NCBI GenBank assembly: GCA_964493715.1
Contig: CAZBPC010000004.1
Location: 40,563 to 104,562, forward strand
Direction: 5' to 3'
Length of the DNA stretch: 64,000 bases
From: an uncultured archaeon
GTDB taxonomy: Archaea > Asgardarchaeota > Lokiarchaeia > Sigyniarchaeales > SOKP01
Part shown: piece after piece, positions 19,577 through 29,635 of the stretch
Position numbering within the stretch: position 1 is the first letter of the stretch
How the letters are laid out: each line of letters opens with the position of its first letter
The notes under the pieces: model-generated
Told to the model about the DNA's origin: nothing
Databases searched by the model: none
Seen by the model: only the letters and a program-made list of their open reading frames with translations
Translations under genes and position numbers: made by a program

Positions 19577-21043
19577 ATGATTGAAAATGATGCTATCGCT
19601 GAATTTGCATTAGAATATGCTCAATCTAATGGCAAAAAATGCGAATATGTGGAAGTTAGGTCTGAAATAAATAGCACGGATACGGTTGCATTTATAAATG
19701 GAAAGCTACACATCGGAAACTTACCAATAGAGCTCACAAGTGATGCATTTTCAAGAAAAAGTGGAATAAATATCCGGATCATTGCTGATGGAGGAATGGG
19801 TATGGCATCAACAAATCAATTGACAAAGGAAGTAATAATGGAAAGCACTGATCGCGCATATCGGAACGCAAAGAGAAGTGGTAAGCATAGAAAAGAGCCA
19901 ATTGGAATGAGCGATGAGGAAGTTTATGAAGAGGTATGGCAAAGCGAGTATAAGGTGAATCCAATGGATGTGACATTAGAAGAAAAAATACAATTTCTAC
20001 AAGGATTTGTTGATATTTTTAAAGAGAAATATCCAATAGAATATATTCATATTTTTGTTTTACTCTCAGAACAAAGAGATACCTATTTCATAAATAGTGA
20101 AGGATCAAGAATTAGGAGTCATGTTCCTCGAGTGGCATTCATACCAGTAATCATAGGGATTAAGGGTGGAGGACAAAATGAGCAATCAATGACAAACTAT
20201 GCAACATCTTCAGGATGGGATGATTTAATTTCATGGAATTTAGAAGAAAAAGTTAGACATACAGTAAATAAATTATCTGATATAGTTCTAAAAGCAAAAA
20301 AACCACCAGAGGGAGAAATTGACATTATACTAGGCCCTGACGTAGCCGGAATAATAGCTCATGAAAACTGTGGACATCCTTCAGAGGCAGATCGTATTCT
20401 TGGAAGAGAAGGTGCTCAAGCTGGTGAATCATATTTGCGAGAATATGAAATTGGATACAAGATTGGGAATGATTGTGTGAATGTATTTGATGATCCCACA
20501 ATTAAAGGATCCTATGGATTTTATTTATTTGACGATGAAGGAGTCAAAGCAAGAAGAAGAGAATTGATAAAAGGAGGGATTTTTACTGAAATGCTGCAAA
20601 ATAGAGAATCTGCAGCAGTTTTTCATTCCCAAAGTAATGCAGCTGCAAGAGCAACAGCTTATGATCGAGAACCATTGATTAGAATGGCAAATACGTATTT
20701 TGCTCCGGGAGATTATTCTTTTGAAGAGATGGTAGAAGACGTTAAATTGGGAATACTCATGAATTCCTTTACTGAATGGAATATAGATGATAAGAGACTA
20801 CAATCAAAATATGTTGGTCAAGAAGCTTATTTAATAAAAAATGGTGAAGTTACAGACTCATTAGTATTGAAGCCTGCACTTGAAATTTCTTCTCCTGGAT
20901 TATTTAGAAGTATTGATGCTCAAGGGAGGTTAGAAAACTTAGAATGGCAAGGAGCTTTTTGTGGAAAATCAGAACCAGGTCAAGGATGTCCAGTATGGAC
21001 AGGTGGATCACATGTACGCTTGAGAAATGTGAGGTTAGGATAG
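19577..21043 (+). CDS. tldD: TldD-family metalloprotease
   Basis: AHENCGHPSEAD (HExxGH), FDDEGV, RMANT, CGK..PGQ..PV..GG.H. Confidence 0.9.
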   Translation: MIENDAIAEFALEYAQSNGKKCEYVEVRSEINSTDTVAFINGKLHIGNLPIELTSDAFSRKSGINIRIIADGGMGMASTNQLTKEVIMESTDRAYRNAKRSGKHRKEPIGMSDEEVYEEVWQSEYKVNPMDVTLEEKIQFLQGFVDIFKEKYPIEYIHIFVLLSEQRDTYFINSEGSRIRSHVPRVAFIPVIIGIKGGGQNEQSMTNYATSSGWDDLISWNLEEKVRHTVNKLSDIVLKAKKPPEGEIDIILGPDVAGIIAHENCGHPSEADRILGREGAQAGESYLREYEIGYKIGNDCVNVFDDPTIKGSYGFYLFDDEGVKARRRELIKGGIFTEMLQNRESAAVFHSQSNAAARATAYDREPLIRMANTYFAPGDYSFEEMVEDVKLGILMNSFTEWNIDDKRLQSKYVGQEAYLIKNGEVTDSLVLKPALEISSPGLFRSIDAQGRLENLEWQGAFCGKSEPGQGCPVWTGGSHVRLRNVRLG

Positions 21044-21054
21044 GGTGAAGTAAG

Positions 21055-22416
21055 ATGAATGAAATGGAAGAAAAATCGTATCAAATTATGGATTTAATTA
21101 AAAAAAAAGTAGAGAAGTTTTGTACTGATTGGTCAATTAAAGCTATTCTTAATAATGAAAACCAAATTCGATTTTCTGAAAATCAAATTGATATTAATAA
21201 AAATTGGAATGAAATAAAGTTCATTTTGTTTCTATCTCATAGGAGAAGGACGTTGGATATTGCAATTAATGATTTACGTCCTGAACCAATAGAAAAAGCA
21301 TTACAAAATTGTGAAAAGCTCCTTAAAATAGCAAAATTAAACATCAATTATAAAAAAATGCCAGAAGGTCCGTTTAATTACAAGTCTTTAAACATATATG
21401 ATGCTAATGTTGTTAATTTGGATGAAAACGCAGTTGATTTGATTGTTGATGCTACTGAAGCTGCTTTAAATGAGGGAGCAAGCCGAGTAGCAGGATCTTT
21501 TTTTCACGGCTATACTCAAGTTATTCAAAGTAATAGTTTGGGATTAAAAGGTTCATACAAAAAAACAGCTCTAAATTTTAGAATTCGAGCGTTTGCTGAA
21601 GATATGTATGCAACAGGAGAAGCAATATCCTGTTCTACGCATCTTGATCACGGATTTAGTGCTATTAATGCTGGAAAAGAAGCAGGAATGATATGCAAAC
21701 AAGCAGTGGGTGGTAAAAAAGGAAAACCAGGCATATATAACATTATAATTTATCCTAAAGTATCAACGGAGTTGCAAGCTCCAACTCCATCGATTGCTTT
21801 GAATAAATATACTCAAAAAATGGGACTTGCATGGTTAGTCGGGAAAAACGAAGGTGACAAAATTGCTAATGATATTATTTCGGTATGGGACGACGGGACC
21901 ATTGATTACGGGCTAGCAAGTTCTCCTTATGATGATGAATTAGTACCTACAAAAAAGAGTTTATTGATAGACAATGGAAAAATTCACCAATTTTTCACAA
22001 ACACATCACTTTCCAAAAAAGACCAAGAATCTACAGGAAATGCGGGAATTACCGTTCCTATACCTACTAATACCGTCTTTTCTACTGGTGATTACACTCT
22101 TAAGGAATTAATAGAAATATCAGACAAACCTACCTTACTCATAACATCAACTTGGTATACAAGATATCAGTCCTACGCCCCACCAGGTGCTTTATCATCG
22201 CTTCCAAAAGATGGAATGTTCATGATTAAAAATAATGGAAATGAGCTTGATCCCGTCAGAGAATTAAGAATCAATTCCAATCATTTCCACATGCTTGAGC
22301 ATACAGTAGCTCTTGGAAAAGATTTAAAGCAAGTTTCAACTTGGCTTGGAACAAATCCTGTTTTTGCTCCATATATGCTAATTGAAGATATAAAGATGAC
22401 AACTGGTACAAAATAA
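21055..22416 (+). CDS. tldE: TldE/PmbA-family partner subunit
   Basis: IRFSENQI, PYDDE..PT, STGNAG, WYTRYQ; lacks HExxH; directly downstream of tldD. Confidence 0.8.
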   Translation: MNEMEEKSYQIMDLIKKKVEKFCTDWSIKAILNNENQIRFSENQIDINKNWNEIKFILFLSHRRRTLDIAINDLRPEPIEKALQNCEKLLKIAKLNINYKKMPEGPFNYKSLNIYDANVVNLDENAVDLIVDATEAALNEGASRVAGSFFHGYTQVIQSNSLGLKGSYKKTALNFRIRAFAEDMYATGEAISCSTHLDHGFSAINAGKEAGMICKQAVGGKKGKPGIYNIIIYPKVSTELQAPTPSIALNKYTQKMGLAWLVGKNEGDKIANDIISVWDDGTIDYGLASSPYDDELVPTKKSLLIDNGKIHQFFTNTSLSKKDQESTGNAGITVPIPTNTVFSTGDYTLKELIEISDKPTLLITSTWYTRYQSYAPPGALSSLPKDGMFMIKNNGNELDPVRELRINSNHFHMLEHTVALGKDLKQVSTWLGTNPVFAPYMLIEDIKMTTGTK

Positions 22417-22519
22417 ACACAACTCTCATTTTTTTTCTCTTCATTTTGTAGATATTATTCTAAGAATAGTTTGAATTAAAATAAATACTATTTTAATAAT
22501 AAATAGAGAAAACTAAAAT

Positions 22520-25492
22520 TTGGTATTAATTATGCCGAATCCTAAAAAATCCAGCAAAACTTCTAAAGTGAATGATAACCAAAAATCCTTATTTTCCTTT
22601 ATAGATGATGGTAAACCAAAAGCTAAAAAAACAAAAGAAATTGTATCAGATAAACCTCAAGAAATAAAGGAAAAGGAAGAGAAGAAACCAGCTCAAGAGG
22701 GAACTTCTGAGATAAAGAGAGAACCAAAAAAGAAATCAGTGTCACTTAAAAAAGTAAAAAAAAACTATTTTGAGAATAGAGTTCAAGATTTTGGTTTGAA
22801 AGAAATTGATGTTGTTCTTGATTCCCTAAAAGAATCAGCTAGTTCAAAATATATTCGATACTTAATTGAAACTGATCAAATAGTTAAAAATTTGAAAAAG
22901 GGGCTTTTATTGGATGTCGATTATGATGGGGGTCAAAATAAAGCAGTATGTAAGTTTTATGATTTAGATACAGATGAAATTAGGTTATGGATTGATACTA
23001 CCGGTCATGAGCCATACTGTTTGAGTAAGGAACCGATAAAAACTTTGGAATCGGTCGCTGATTTAACGAGTTATAGTGGATTTAAGAGGTTTGAAGAAAT
23101 AAAAAAAATAGATTTATTAAGCGATAAAGAAATAGCAATGACTAAAATATATGGTGCTACTCCTTCTGATATTGGTGGATCGGGAACGAATATTAAAAAT
23201 ATACTTTCAAATGAAGATTATAAAGCTTGGGAAGCAGATATTCGTTATCATCTTAATTATATTTTTGATACACAATTAATTCCTGGCTTAATTTATTCGA
23301 TTGATAATGGAAAATTAAATAGAATTAGTTTTGAGGACGATAGTGAGAATCTAAAAAAGTTAGCAGGTCAACTTCGGGATATTTTTATTAAAGAACCTAA
23401 AGAACTTCAAGAGTTTGCTGAAAAATTTTTAGATATATTTTTAACTCCGATACCTGATGTAAAGCGTTTAGCAATAGATATTGAAGTTTCCATTAGTGAA
23501 CATGATTTTGGAATACCTAATCCCCGTGAAGCCAAACAAGAAGTAATAAGTGTTTCATTTGTAAGTACTGACGGACTGAAATTAGTTTATGTTCTGGAGA
23601 GAGAGGGCTTTATTTTTGATAAACTACACAAAGATTTTCCTGAAGATGCACAAATATACTTTTTTAAAAAAGAGAAGGATTTGATCATTGAGACATTTCG
23701 ATTATTTTGGGAATATCCCGTTATTATTACTTTTAATGGTGATAATTTTGATTTAAGTTACTTATTCCATAGAGCGAATAAGTTAAAAATTAGCCGAGAT
23801 ATAAACCCCATCCAAATGAAGAGAGGATTTGGAATAATGGCTAGTTCAGAATGCGATTTAAGGAGGGGAATTCATCTAGATTTATTTGGGTTCTTTTTCA
23901 ATAGAAGTATTTCAGGTTATGCTTTTGGAGGAGCCTATGCCTCAAATTCTTTAAATGCTATAAGCGCAGCACTATTAGGTCAGGAAAAATATCAACACGA
24001 GGAAGAAATTCATGAAATGGAATATGATATTTTAACGTGGTATAATCTTAAAGATTCAATATTGACGTTAGATCTCACCAGATTTAACAATTCATTAGTC
24101 TGGAATTTGATAATCTTGTTATGCCGAATTACAAAGATGCCGATCCATGAAACAGTCAGAAGACAGATTTCTACTTGGATTCAAAATATTTTTTATTTTG
24201 AACACAGAAGAAAAGGATATTTGATTCCTAGACGATCAGAAATTTCTGAAATGAAGGAAGGAGGCTATTCCAAATCAGTTATTGAAGGCAAGTCATTTCA
24301 AGGTGCCTATGTGGTCCCTCCTGTTCCGGGAATACATTATGATGTTGTTGTAATGGACTTTGCTAGCCTATACCCCTCCATCATCAAAGAATACAATTTA
24401 TCTTACGAAACAGTGTCTTGTACTCATAAAGATTGCGAAGATAATTTTGTAAAAGGAATTCCATATCACATATGTACTCATAAATTGGGAATCTTTGCTT
24501 ATGTTGTTGGTTTTTTCCGCGATATTCGAGTTAAATTCTTCAAACCCATGTCTGGTGATAAATTACTTTCTCAAAAACAACGAGATTACTATAAAACCAT
24601 AGAACAAGCATTAAAAGTATTTATAAATGGCTCTTACGGTGTTTTTGGTTCTCAAAATTTCCCCTTATTTTGTTTACCCGTGGCAGAAAGTACAACTGGT
24701 ATTGGTCAATATTCAATCAAGCAAACAATAAAAAAAGCGCAAGAATTAGGGGTAAAAGTACTCTATGGGGATACTGATTCGGTATTTTTATTAAACCCGT
24801 CTAAAGTTCAGATGAAATCAATCACAGATTGGAGTAAAAAAGAACTTGATTTAGATTTAGAGGAAGAAAAAACTTATCAGTTCTTAGCACTTTCAGAGAG
24901 AAAGAAAAACTATATTGGAATATACAAGAATACGCAGGGTGTTGATATTAAAGGACTCTTGGCGAAGAAAAAGAATACTCCCGATTTTATCAAAAAAGCA
25001 TTTAATGAAATGATTGAAATACTTAAAGGGATAAATGATGATGAGAGTTTTTCAAAAGCACGTGATAAAATCATAAAAATCGTGAGAACTAATCTGAAAA
25101 AAATAGGAAAGCCGGATACTTTCACATTAGAGGATTATACGATAAATATTGCATTAAAAAAATCTCTCAATAAATATGATAAAACAATTCCACAACACGT
25201 TCGAGCTGCGAAAGAGTTGATCGAATATAAGATAAGAGAGGCAAAATCAAATAACCTTGACGATAAAGCGATTGAAGGAATTAAAAAAACATATCGTAAA
25301 GGAGATACTGTAAAATTTATAAAAACTAAAGGTTCAAGTGGGGCAAAGGCAATAGAAATTGCAAAACTTCAAGATATTGACATTAAAAAATATAAAGATC
25401 TATTACAATCTGCTTTAGAACAAGTATTAGACGCTTTAGGAATCACTTTTGAGGAAGTTAAAGGAATTAAAAGAATGGATGCTTTTTTCTAA
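22520..25492 (+). CDS. polB: Family B DNA polymerase (archaeal PolB1 type)
   Basis: Exo motifs AIDIEV, FNGDNFD, YNLKD; Pol motifs DFASLYPSII, KVFINGSYG, YGDTDS, KKNY; WEADIRY; C-terminal MDAFF. Confidence 0.95.
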   Translation: MVLIMPNPKKSSKTSKVNDNQKSLFSFIDDGKPKAKKTKEIVSDKPQEIKEKEEKKPAQEGTSEIKREPKKKSVSLKKVKKNYFENRVQDFGLKEIDVVLDSLKESASSKYIRYLIETDQIVKNLKKGLLLDVDYDGGQNKAVCKFYDLDTDEIRLWIDTTGHEPYCLSKEPIKTLESVADLTSYSGFKRFEEIKKIDLLSDKEIAMTKIYGATPSDIGGSGTNIKNILSNEDYKAWEADIRYHLNYIFDTQLIPGLIYSIDNGKLNRISFEDDSENLKKLAGQLRDIFIKEPKELQEFAEKFLDIFLTPIPDVKRLAIDIEVSISEHDFGIPNPREAKQEVISVSFVSTDGLKLVYVLEREGFIFDKLHKDFPEDAQIYFFKKEKDLIIETFRLFWEYPVIITFNGDNFDLSYLFHRANKLKISRDINPIQMKRGFGIMASSECDLRRGIHLDLFGFFFNRSISGYAFGGAYASNSLNAISAALLGQEKYQHEEEIHEMEYDILTWYNLKDSILTLDLTRFNNSLVWNLIILLCRITKMPIHETVRRQISTWIQNIFYFEHRRKGYLIPRRSEISEMKEGGYSKSVIEGKSFQGAYVVPPVPGIHYDVVVMDFASLYPSIIKEYNLSYETVSCTHKDCEDNFVKGIPYHICTHKLGIFAYVVGFFRDIRVKFFKPMSGDKLLSQKQRDYYKTIEQALKVFINGSYGVFGSQNFPLFCLPVAESTTGIGQYSIKQTIKKAQELGVKVLYGDTDSVFLLNPSKVQMKSITDWSKKELDLDLEEEKTYQFLALSERKKNYIGIYKNTQGVDIKGLLAKKKNTPDFIKKAFNEMIEILKGINDDESFSKARDKIIKIVRTNLKKIGKPDTFTLEDYTINIALKKSLNKYDKTIPQHVRAAKELIEYKIREAKSNNLDDKAIEGIKKTYRKGDTVKFIKTKGSSGAKAIEIAKLQDIDIKKYKDLLQSALEQVLDALGITFEEVKGIKRMDAFF

Positions 25493-25502
25493 TACCATTT
25501 TT

Positions 25503-26594
25503 CTAAATGAGATAATACAATAAACCCATAAGAAGACCACAAAATATGGGATTAAGGATATTATCATTTATCTTTAAATTTAATAGATCTACAATTAGAA
25601 ATACCAACGCACCACTAAAAGATAATATTATAATCTTCAAGAAGGGCATACTTGGTTCGAAACTAAAATAGACAAATAAAGCAGTAATCAAAGAACCTAA
25701 GAACCCTGCTAGATATCCAATTATGGTTTTTTTACTCTTTTTAGGAAAATGACGTTTACCAAATCTTATTCCAATCAGAGACGCTGCTCCATCTCCTATT
25801 GAAGCAATTAGTGCTGCTGCCGCAAAAACACTTATTGGAAAGAAGAAAATTGGAACAAAAGCAAGAGTTAAGGCGGCGGTAGCAGAAAGCTCGTAAATCT
25901 CATCCCTTTTTAAAGTTTTCAAAAAAATGCCTGTAAGGTTTTTGGGCATTAAATGATACACACTGTGTTTTTCAAACATGAACGAAAGTCGAATATAATC
26001 TAAAACTCCAAATACCATGACAGCAGTGAATCCGATAGTCATTATTAACCAGACTCCATATTCTTCTTTTGTAATCCCCCAAATCACATCTTGCTTGAAT
26101 ACGTCTGCCCAAAAATATATTGCAAATTCCCATAGTATGATTATAACTCCTGGAGGTATCAAATGGAATAGTTTTCTATTAATATCCGTGCTAATGGAAT
26201 GCGATTTCTCATTTAAATCCAGTTTTTTTTTCTCATTTCTTTCGTTAAATTTTTTGAGGAAATTTTCAATTGTACGCTGTTCTTTAACTTCTGGATGCCT
26301 CCACACTCTAAATATATATTGCACCACAAAAATGAATAATACCACCGCATAAGAGTAAATGCATATAATTTCAGCCCCTAAAGCATGATAAAAACGTCTA
26401 TATTGATCATCTATTGGGAAAAAAAAGGGATATAATATTCCTGCGACGAACCATAGTATTGAAATGACAATTGAGTTCAAAAAATTAGACTCGTTAGGAT
26501 ATTTGTGCTTTATCTTAACAGCAAAATAGAAATGTATGAATCCATTTGCGAATGTAAGTAAAACCACTGATAAAATGTAAATGTCTAATACCAT
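25503..26594 (-). CDS. CTP-dependent polyprenol/diacylglycerol kinase-like membrane protein (DGK1/dolichol/phytol kinase family)
   Basis: RKLFHL, LKRDE, IGDGAASLIGIRFG, KKTIIG, NDNILNP. Confidence 0.8.
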   Translation of the reverse strand: MVLDIYILSVVLLTFANGFIHFYFAVKIKHKYPNESNFLNSIVISILWFVAGILYPFFFPIDDQYRRFYHALGAEIICIYSYAVVLFIFVVQYIFRVWRHPEVKEQRTIENFLKKFNERNEKKKLDLNEKSHSISTDINRKLFHLIPPGVIIILWEFAIYFWADVFKQDVIWGITKEEYGVWLIMTIGFTAVMVFGVLDYIRLSFMFEKHSVYHLMPKNLTGIFLKTLKRDEIYELSATAALTLAFVPIFFFPISVFAAAALIASIGDGAASLIGIRFGKRHFPKKSKKTIIGYLAGFLGSLITALFVYFSFEPSMPFLKIIILSFSGALVFLIVDLLNLKINDNILNPIFCGLLMGLLYYLI

Positions 26595-26667
26595 ATTATT
26601 TACAACAATTTACTATTAAAAAAATAATTATTGAAAACTGGGATATAATTATCTAGCATTTTTCAAC

Positions 26668-27156
26668 TTAAATTGGTAGAATCTCAATTACATCATTTGC
26701 CATAATTACAGAACGATAATCTTCTGAGCGTTTTCCATTCACAAGAGTTTTATAATTTGGCAATTGGTTTGAAAGATTTAGCTTTCTAATAATAGAATTT
26801 AAGATGCTTCCTTTGGGAATTTTAATGTGAAATTCAGGTTCTCCATTTATTTTAAAAATTTTGACCGTAATATGAATTGAATTGAGATCAGGAATTTCAG
26901 CAAACATGAGTGCCATATTAGTAGGGAATATTCCGATTCTGTCTCCTACTTTAATTTGCGTACCTGGACCTGTATACACACCATTCACAAAAATATGGCT
27001 TATCTCCTTTTCTTCTATCTTTAATCTCTGAAGAATATCGACTATTGATGTTGAATCTCTAATTTCAATATCTAAAGTCACGGGAAGCCCTTTCTCTCCA
27101 ACGTTCTCTTTTTCCTGTTCTCTTAATTTACCATATAATTTTACCAAAATCGACAT
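26668..27156 (-). CDS. Tandem MoaD/ThiS-like beta-grasp protein lacking C-terminal GG
   Basis: VKLYGKLR...IFVNG...GDRIGIFP followed by a second ITVKIF...LVNG...DVIEILP. Confidence 0.7.
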   Translation of the reverse strand: MSILVKLYGKLREQEKENVGEKGLPVTLDIEIRDSTSIVDILQRLKIEEKEISHIFVNGVYTGPGTQIKVGDRIGIFPTNMALMFAEIPDLNSIHITVKIFKINGEPEFHIKIPKGSILNSIIRKLNLSNQLPNYKTLVNGKRSEDYRSVIMANDVIEILPI

Positions 27157-27282
27157 GTAAGAAACACTAATGAAGCTACTTGCTTAAAAGATTAAAAGGC
27201 AGATAAAAATATATCGCTTATATAATAAAATAATAAGATACAGAAAAAATAAATAAAAAATACAAAGATTAAAAAAAGCAGT

Positions 27283-27603
27283 TTAGAGTCCAAATAATAG
27301 TAATTCATCAATAGCTTTATGGACTTGTTTAAGGTTTTCTGGTCCTAAAGCCTTGTCAATTCCAATTTTTAAATCCAAAATCGAGGAAAAAGCCTTGAAA
27401 AACGTATTCTGAATCGTGCTGTTAAAACTACTCTTTTTTTCGTTCTGTTCCTTGAAATAATCAACTCGCTTAAGCATTGCATCTTCAAGTTCTTTTGCTG
27501 TTGTTGTTTTTAGCTCCGCGAGCTTTCTGACTTTAAAACCGTCCTTGGTCTCCGTAACTTCATCAGTCATGAGAATCTTCCTCCTCTTTTTTCGTTCCAC
27601 CAT
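27283..27603 (-). CDS. Hypothetical protein, probably co-transcribed with the radical SAM gene
   Basis: ORF overlapping the 3' end of the upstream gene; true start may be ATG at 27570 (MTDEV). Confidence 0.65.
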   Translation of the reverse strand: MVERKKRRKILMTDEVTETKDGFKVRKLAELKTTTAKELEDAMLKRVDYFKEQNEKKSSFNSTIQNTFFKAFSSILDLKIGIDKALGPENLKQVHKAIDELLLFGL

Positions 27604-29305
27604 TCGGCATGACTTCTATTTCAATATCCTCACGTGCTTGACCCACCGATGTATCAAATTCATCTCTTACTTTTTGAGTTATCGCTTTAGCAACTTGCTT
27701 CTCGATTTCTGGTCGATGTAAAGTGTTCATAGTACAGAAAGGAAGCTCTTTAACAGTTCCATTAGGCATTGCTACACCAAAATGGACAATACAACGCTTA
27801 GTTCTTTCAACATCCATGTTATAAGCATCTTGGAAGTGCATACTAGAGATTAAAAGCGTCCCATAGCTAAATGAGCTCACGCTTTCCCAATCTCCGTTCA
27901 TCAATAATCTACTGAACATATCCATCAATTTCCCAGGTTTTTTCATGTATTGGAGTACACCTAAAAGAAATCGTGCTCGAAGTTGGGTTTTATCAAGAAA
28001 ATTTAAGCCATCATCGAGTGTCTTACCAAAATCTCCCAAAAAATTCTCGAAAAATTGAATTGGTTTTTTTTCTTTATGTTTTACCTTTTCCCAAAATCTA
28101 TTTGCGAAATCAATTACTTCCAATGGATCAAAATATTCCATTAGAGGGACCATTTCGCCAGAGTCTGGATCCACTGCAAGGTAAGTGGCAAACCCACAAT
28201 CAGGGTGGCAAGTAAACTCTGCTGGTTCAACATCTGCTAAATAAGCAATTAATCGTCCGAATTCCACTATAGTAGTTAATGGATACCATGCATTTTCCAT
28301 GTTAAGCTTTCCCCCGGTTTGTTTTTCGATTTCTTTTATGACATCTGCATTCGTAATTCTTAATTCATGCATTTCTTCCGCTGAAATTCTCCCACACAGC
28401 GAAACGGGCTGAAAGGTAATTCCTCTTACAACATCTATATTATCAATGGCAAATTGGATGATATTTCCGATTTCAATATCAGTAACTCCAGTCGCAATGG
28501 TTGCTACAAGAACAATCGAATCAAAACCAGCTTTCCGACAATTTTCGATGACCCTCATTTTATATTTCATGAGGCCTTTAATACCACGTGTTTTTTCGTA
28601 GGTTGCATCATTAATTCCATCGAACTGAAAGTAGAGCGTGTCTAAGCCCATCTCTCTGCATTTTTTTGTCCATTCTGCGCCTCCATTTTTCCGTTGGAAA
28701 CCATATCCGTTGGTGGCAACAATAACTTCTTGAAATCCATTATCTTTTGCCATTTTACAAATCTCTGGAAAATCTTTCCGAACTGTAGGCTCACCGCCAG
28801 TAAACATTATTGCTGGTGGAGGGATCGGTTTACTTCGGAAATGTTTCATTACTTTATCAATATCTTCTAAAGATGGTTCGATCCAATACCCAGATTGTTC
28901 TACATTAGCATAACAAAAATTGCATGAAAAATTACATCTATTCGTCAAATCAATTAAAGCAAGCGAACATGTAGATAAATGCTCATTGCATAATCCACAG
29001 TTATAAGGACATCCACGATCGTCAGCGATACAATCAGGAGGATTAGCTTCTCCATTTTTTTCGAATTGCCACACGACATTTCCATTTATATCCTTTTTTT
29101 GATAATGTGTCCATTTATAATACTTTGCGCTTGAACTGATGACATCTTCAAAGTCACCATGCTCTTTACAAGTTTTTCTCATAAAGATTTTCCCATCATC
29201 TTCTTCTACTACGGCCGGGATTTTTTTCAAGCATTCTGGGCAAACACTAAAAGTCTTACGATAATAAGGTTCGTCTAATATATCTGTTCCGTCTAAATGA
29301 TACAT
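27563..29305 (-). CDS. tes: Tetraether lipid synthase-like radical SAM enzyme (Tes/GDGT-MAS, MJ0619 family)
   Basis: N-terminal SVCPEC...KTCKEHG; GCPYNCGLCNEH; radical SAM motif CNFSCNFC; CHPDCG; HFQDAYNMDVERTKRC...PFC. Confidence 0.8.
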   Translation of the reverse strand: MYHLDGTDILDEPYYRKTFSVCPECLKKIPAVVEEDDGKIFMRKTCKEHGDFEDVISSSAKYYKWTHYQKKDINGNVVWQFEKNGEANPPDCIADDRGCPYNCGLCNEHLSTCSLALIDLTNRCNFSCNFCYANVEQSGYWIEPSLEDIDKVMKHFRSKPIPPPAIMFTGGEPTVRKDFPEICKMAKDNGFQEVIVATNGYGFQRKNGGAEWTKKCREMGLDTLYFQFDGINDATYEKTRGIKGLMKYKMRVIENCRKAGFDSIVLVATIATGVTDIEIGNIIQFAIDNIDVVRGITFQPVSLCGRISAEEMHELRITNADVIKEIEKQTGGKLNMENAWYPLTTIVEFGRLIAYLADVEPAEFTCHPDCGFATYLAVDPDSGEMVPLMEYFDPLEVIDFANRFWEKVKHKEKKPIQFFENFLGDFGKTLDDGLNFLDKTQLRARFLLGVLQYMKKPGKLMDMFSRLLMNGDWESVSSFSYGTLLISSMHFQDAYNMDVERTKRCIVHFGVAMPNGTVKELPFCTMNTLHRPEIEKQVAKAITQKVRDEFDTSVGQAREDIEIEVMPNGGTKKEEEDSHD

Positions 29306-29635
29306 AAAATTTTAACACCATATTGTTAAATAATTATTTAAATGGTTTATTATTCATTTAAAAGACTTGTTGTTTATAAATAAATTCAGATCAATAATAT
29401 TCTTAACAATACGAATATTATTTGTAGGAATTGTCTTAATTTTCCTTAAAAACCCTTCTAGACTTAATGTATGTGAATATTTATAAATAACTTTTTTGTG
29501 AGAATTTCTACCTTTGATTTTTTTTAAATTTATAAATTCAATTGTAATATTAAAACTTCATTATGATTTATAATCAATACTTTTTATTACTTGAGTTCAA
29601 TTATAACAATCAAGTACATATTATTGAGATATTTT

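Noticed and set aside
22520-25492. PolB as marker of a casposon or provirus
   Set aside because: Motifs fit a cellular RNA-primed PolB1; no Cas1, capsid gene or terminal inverted repeats, and the neighbours are housekeeping genes.
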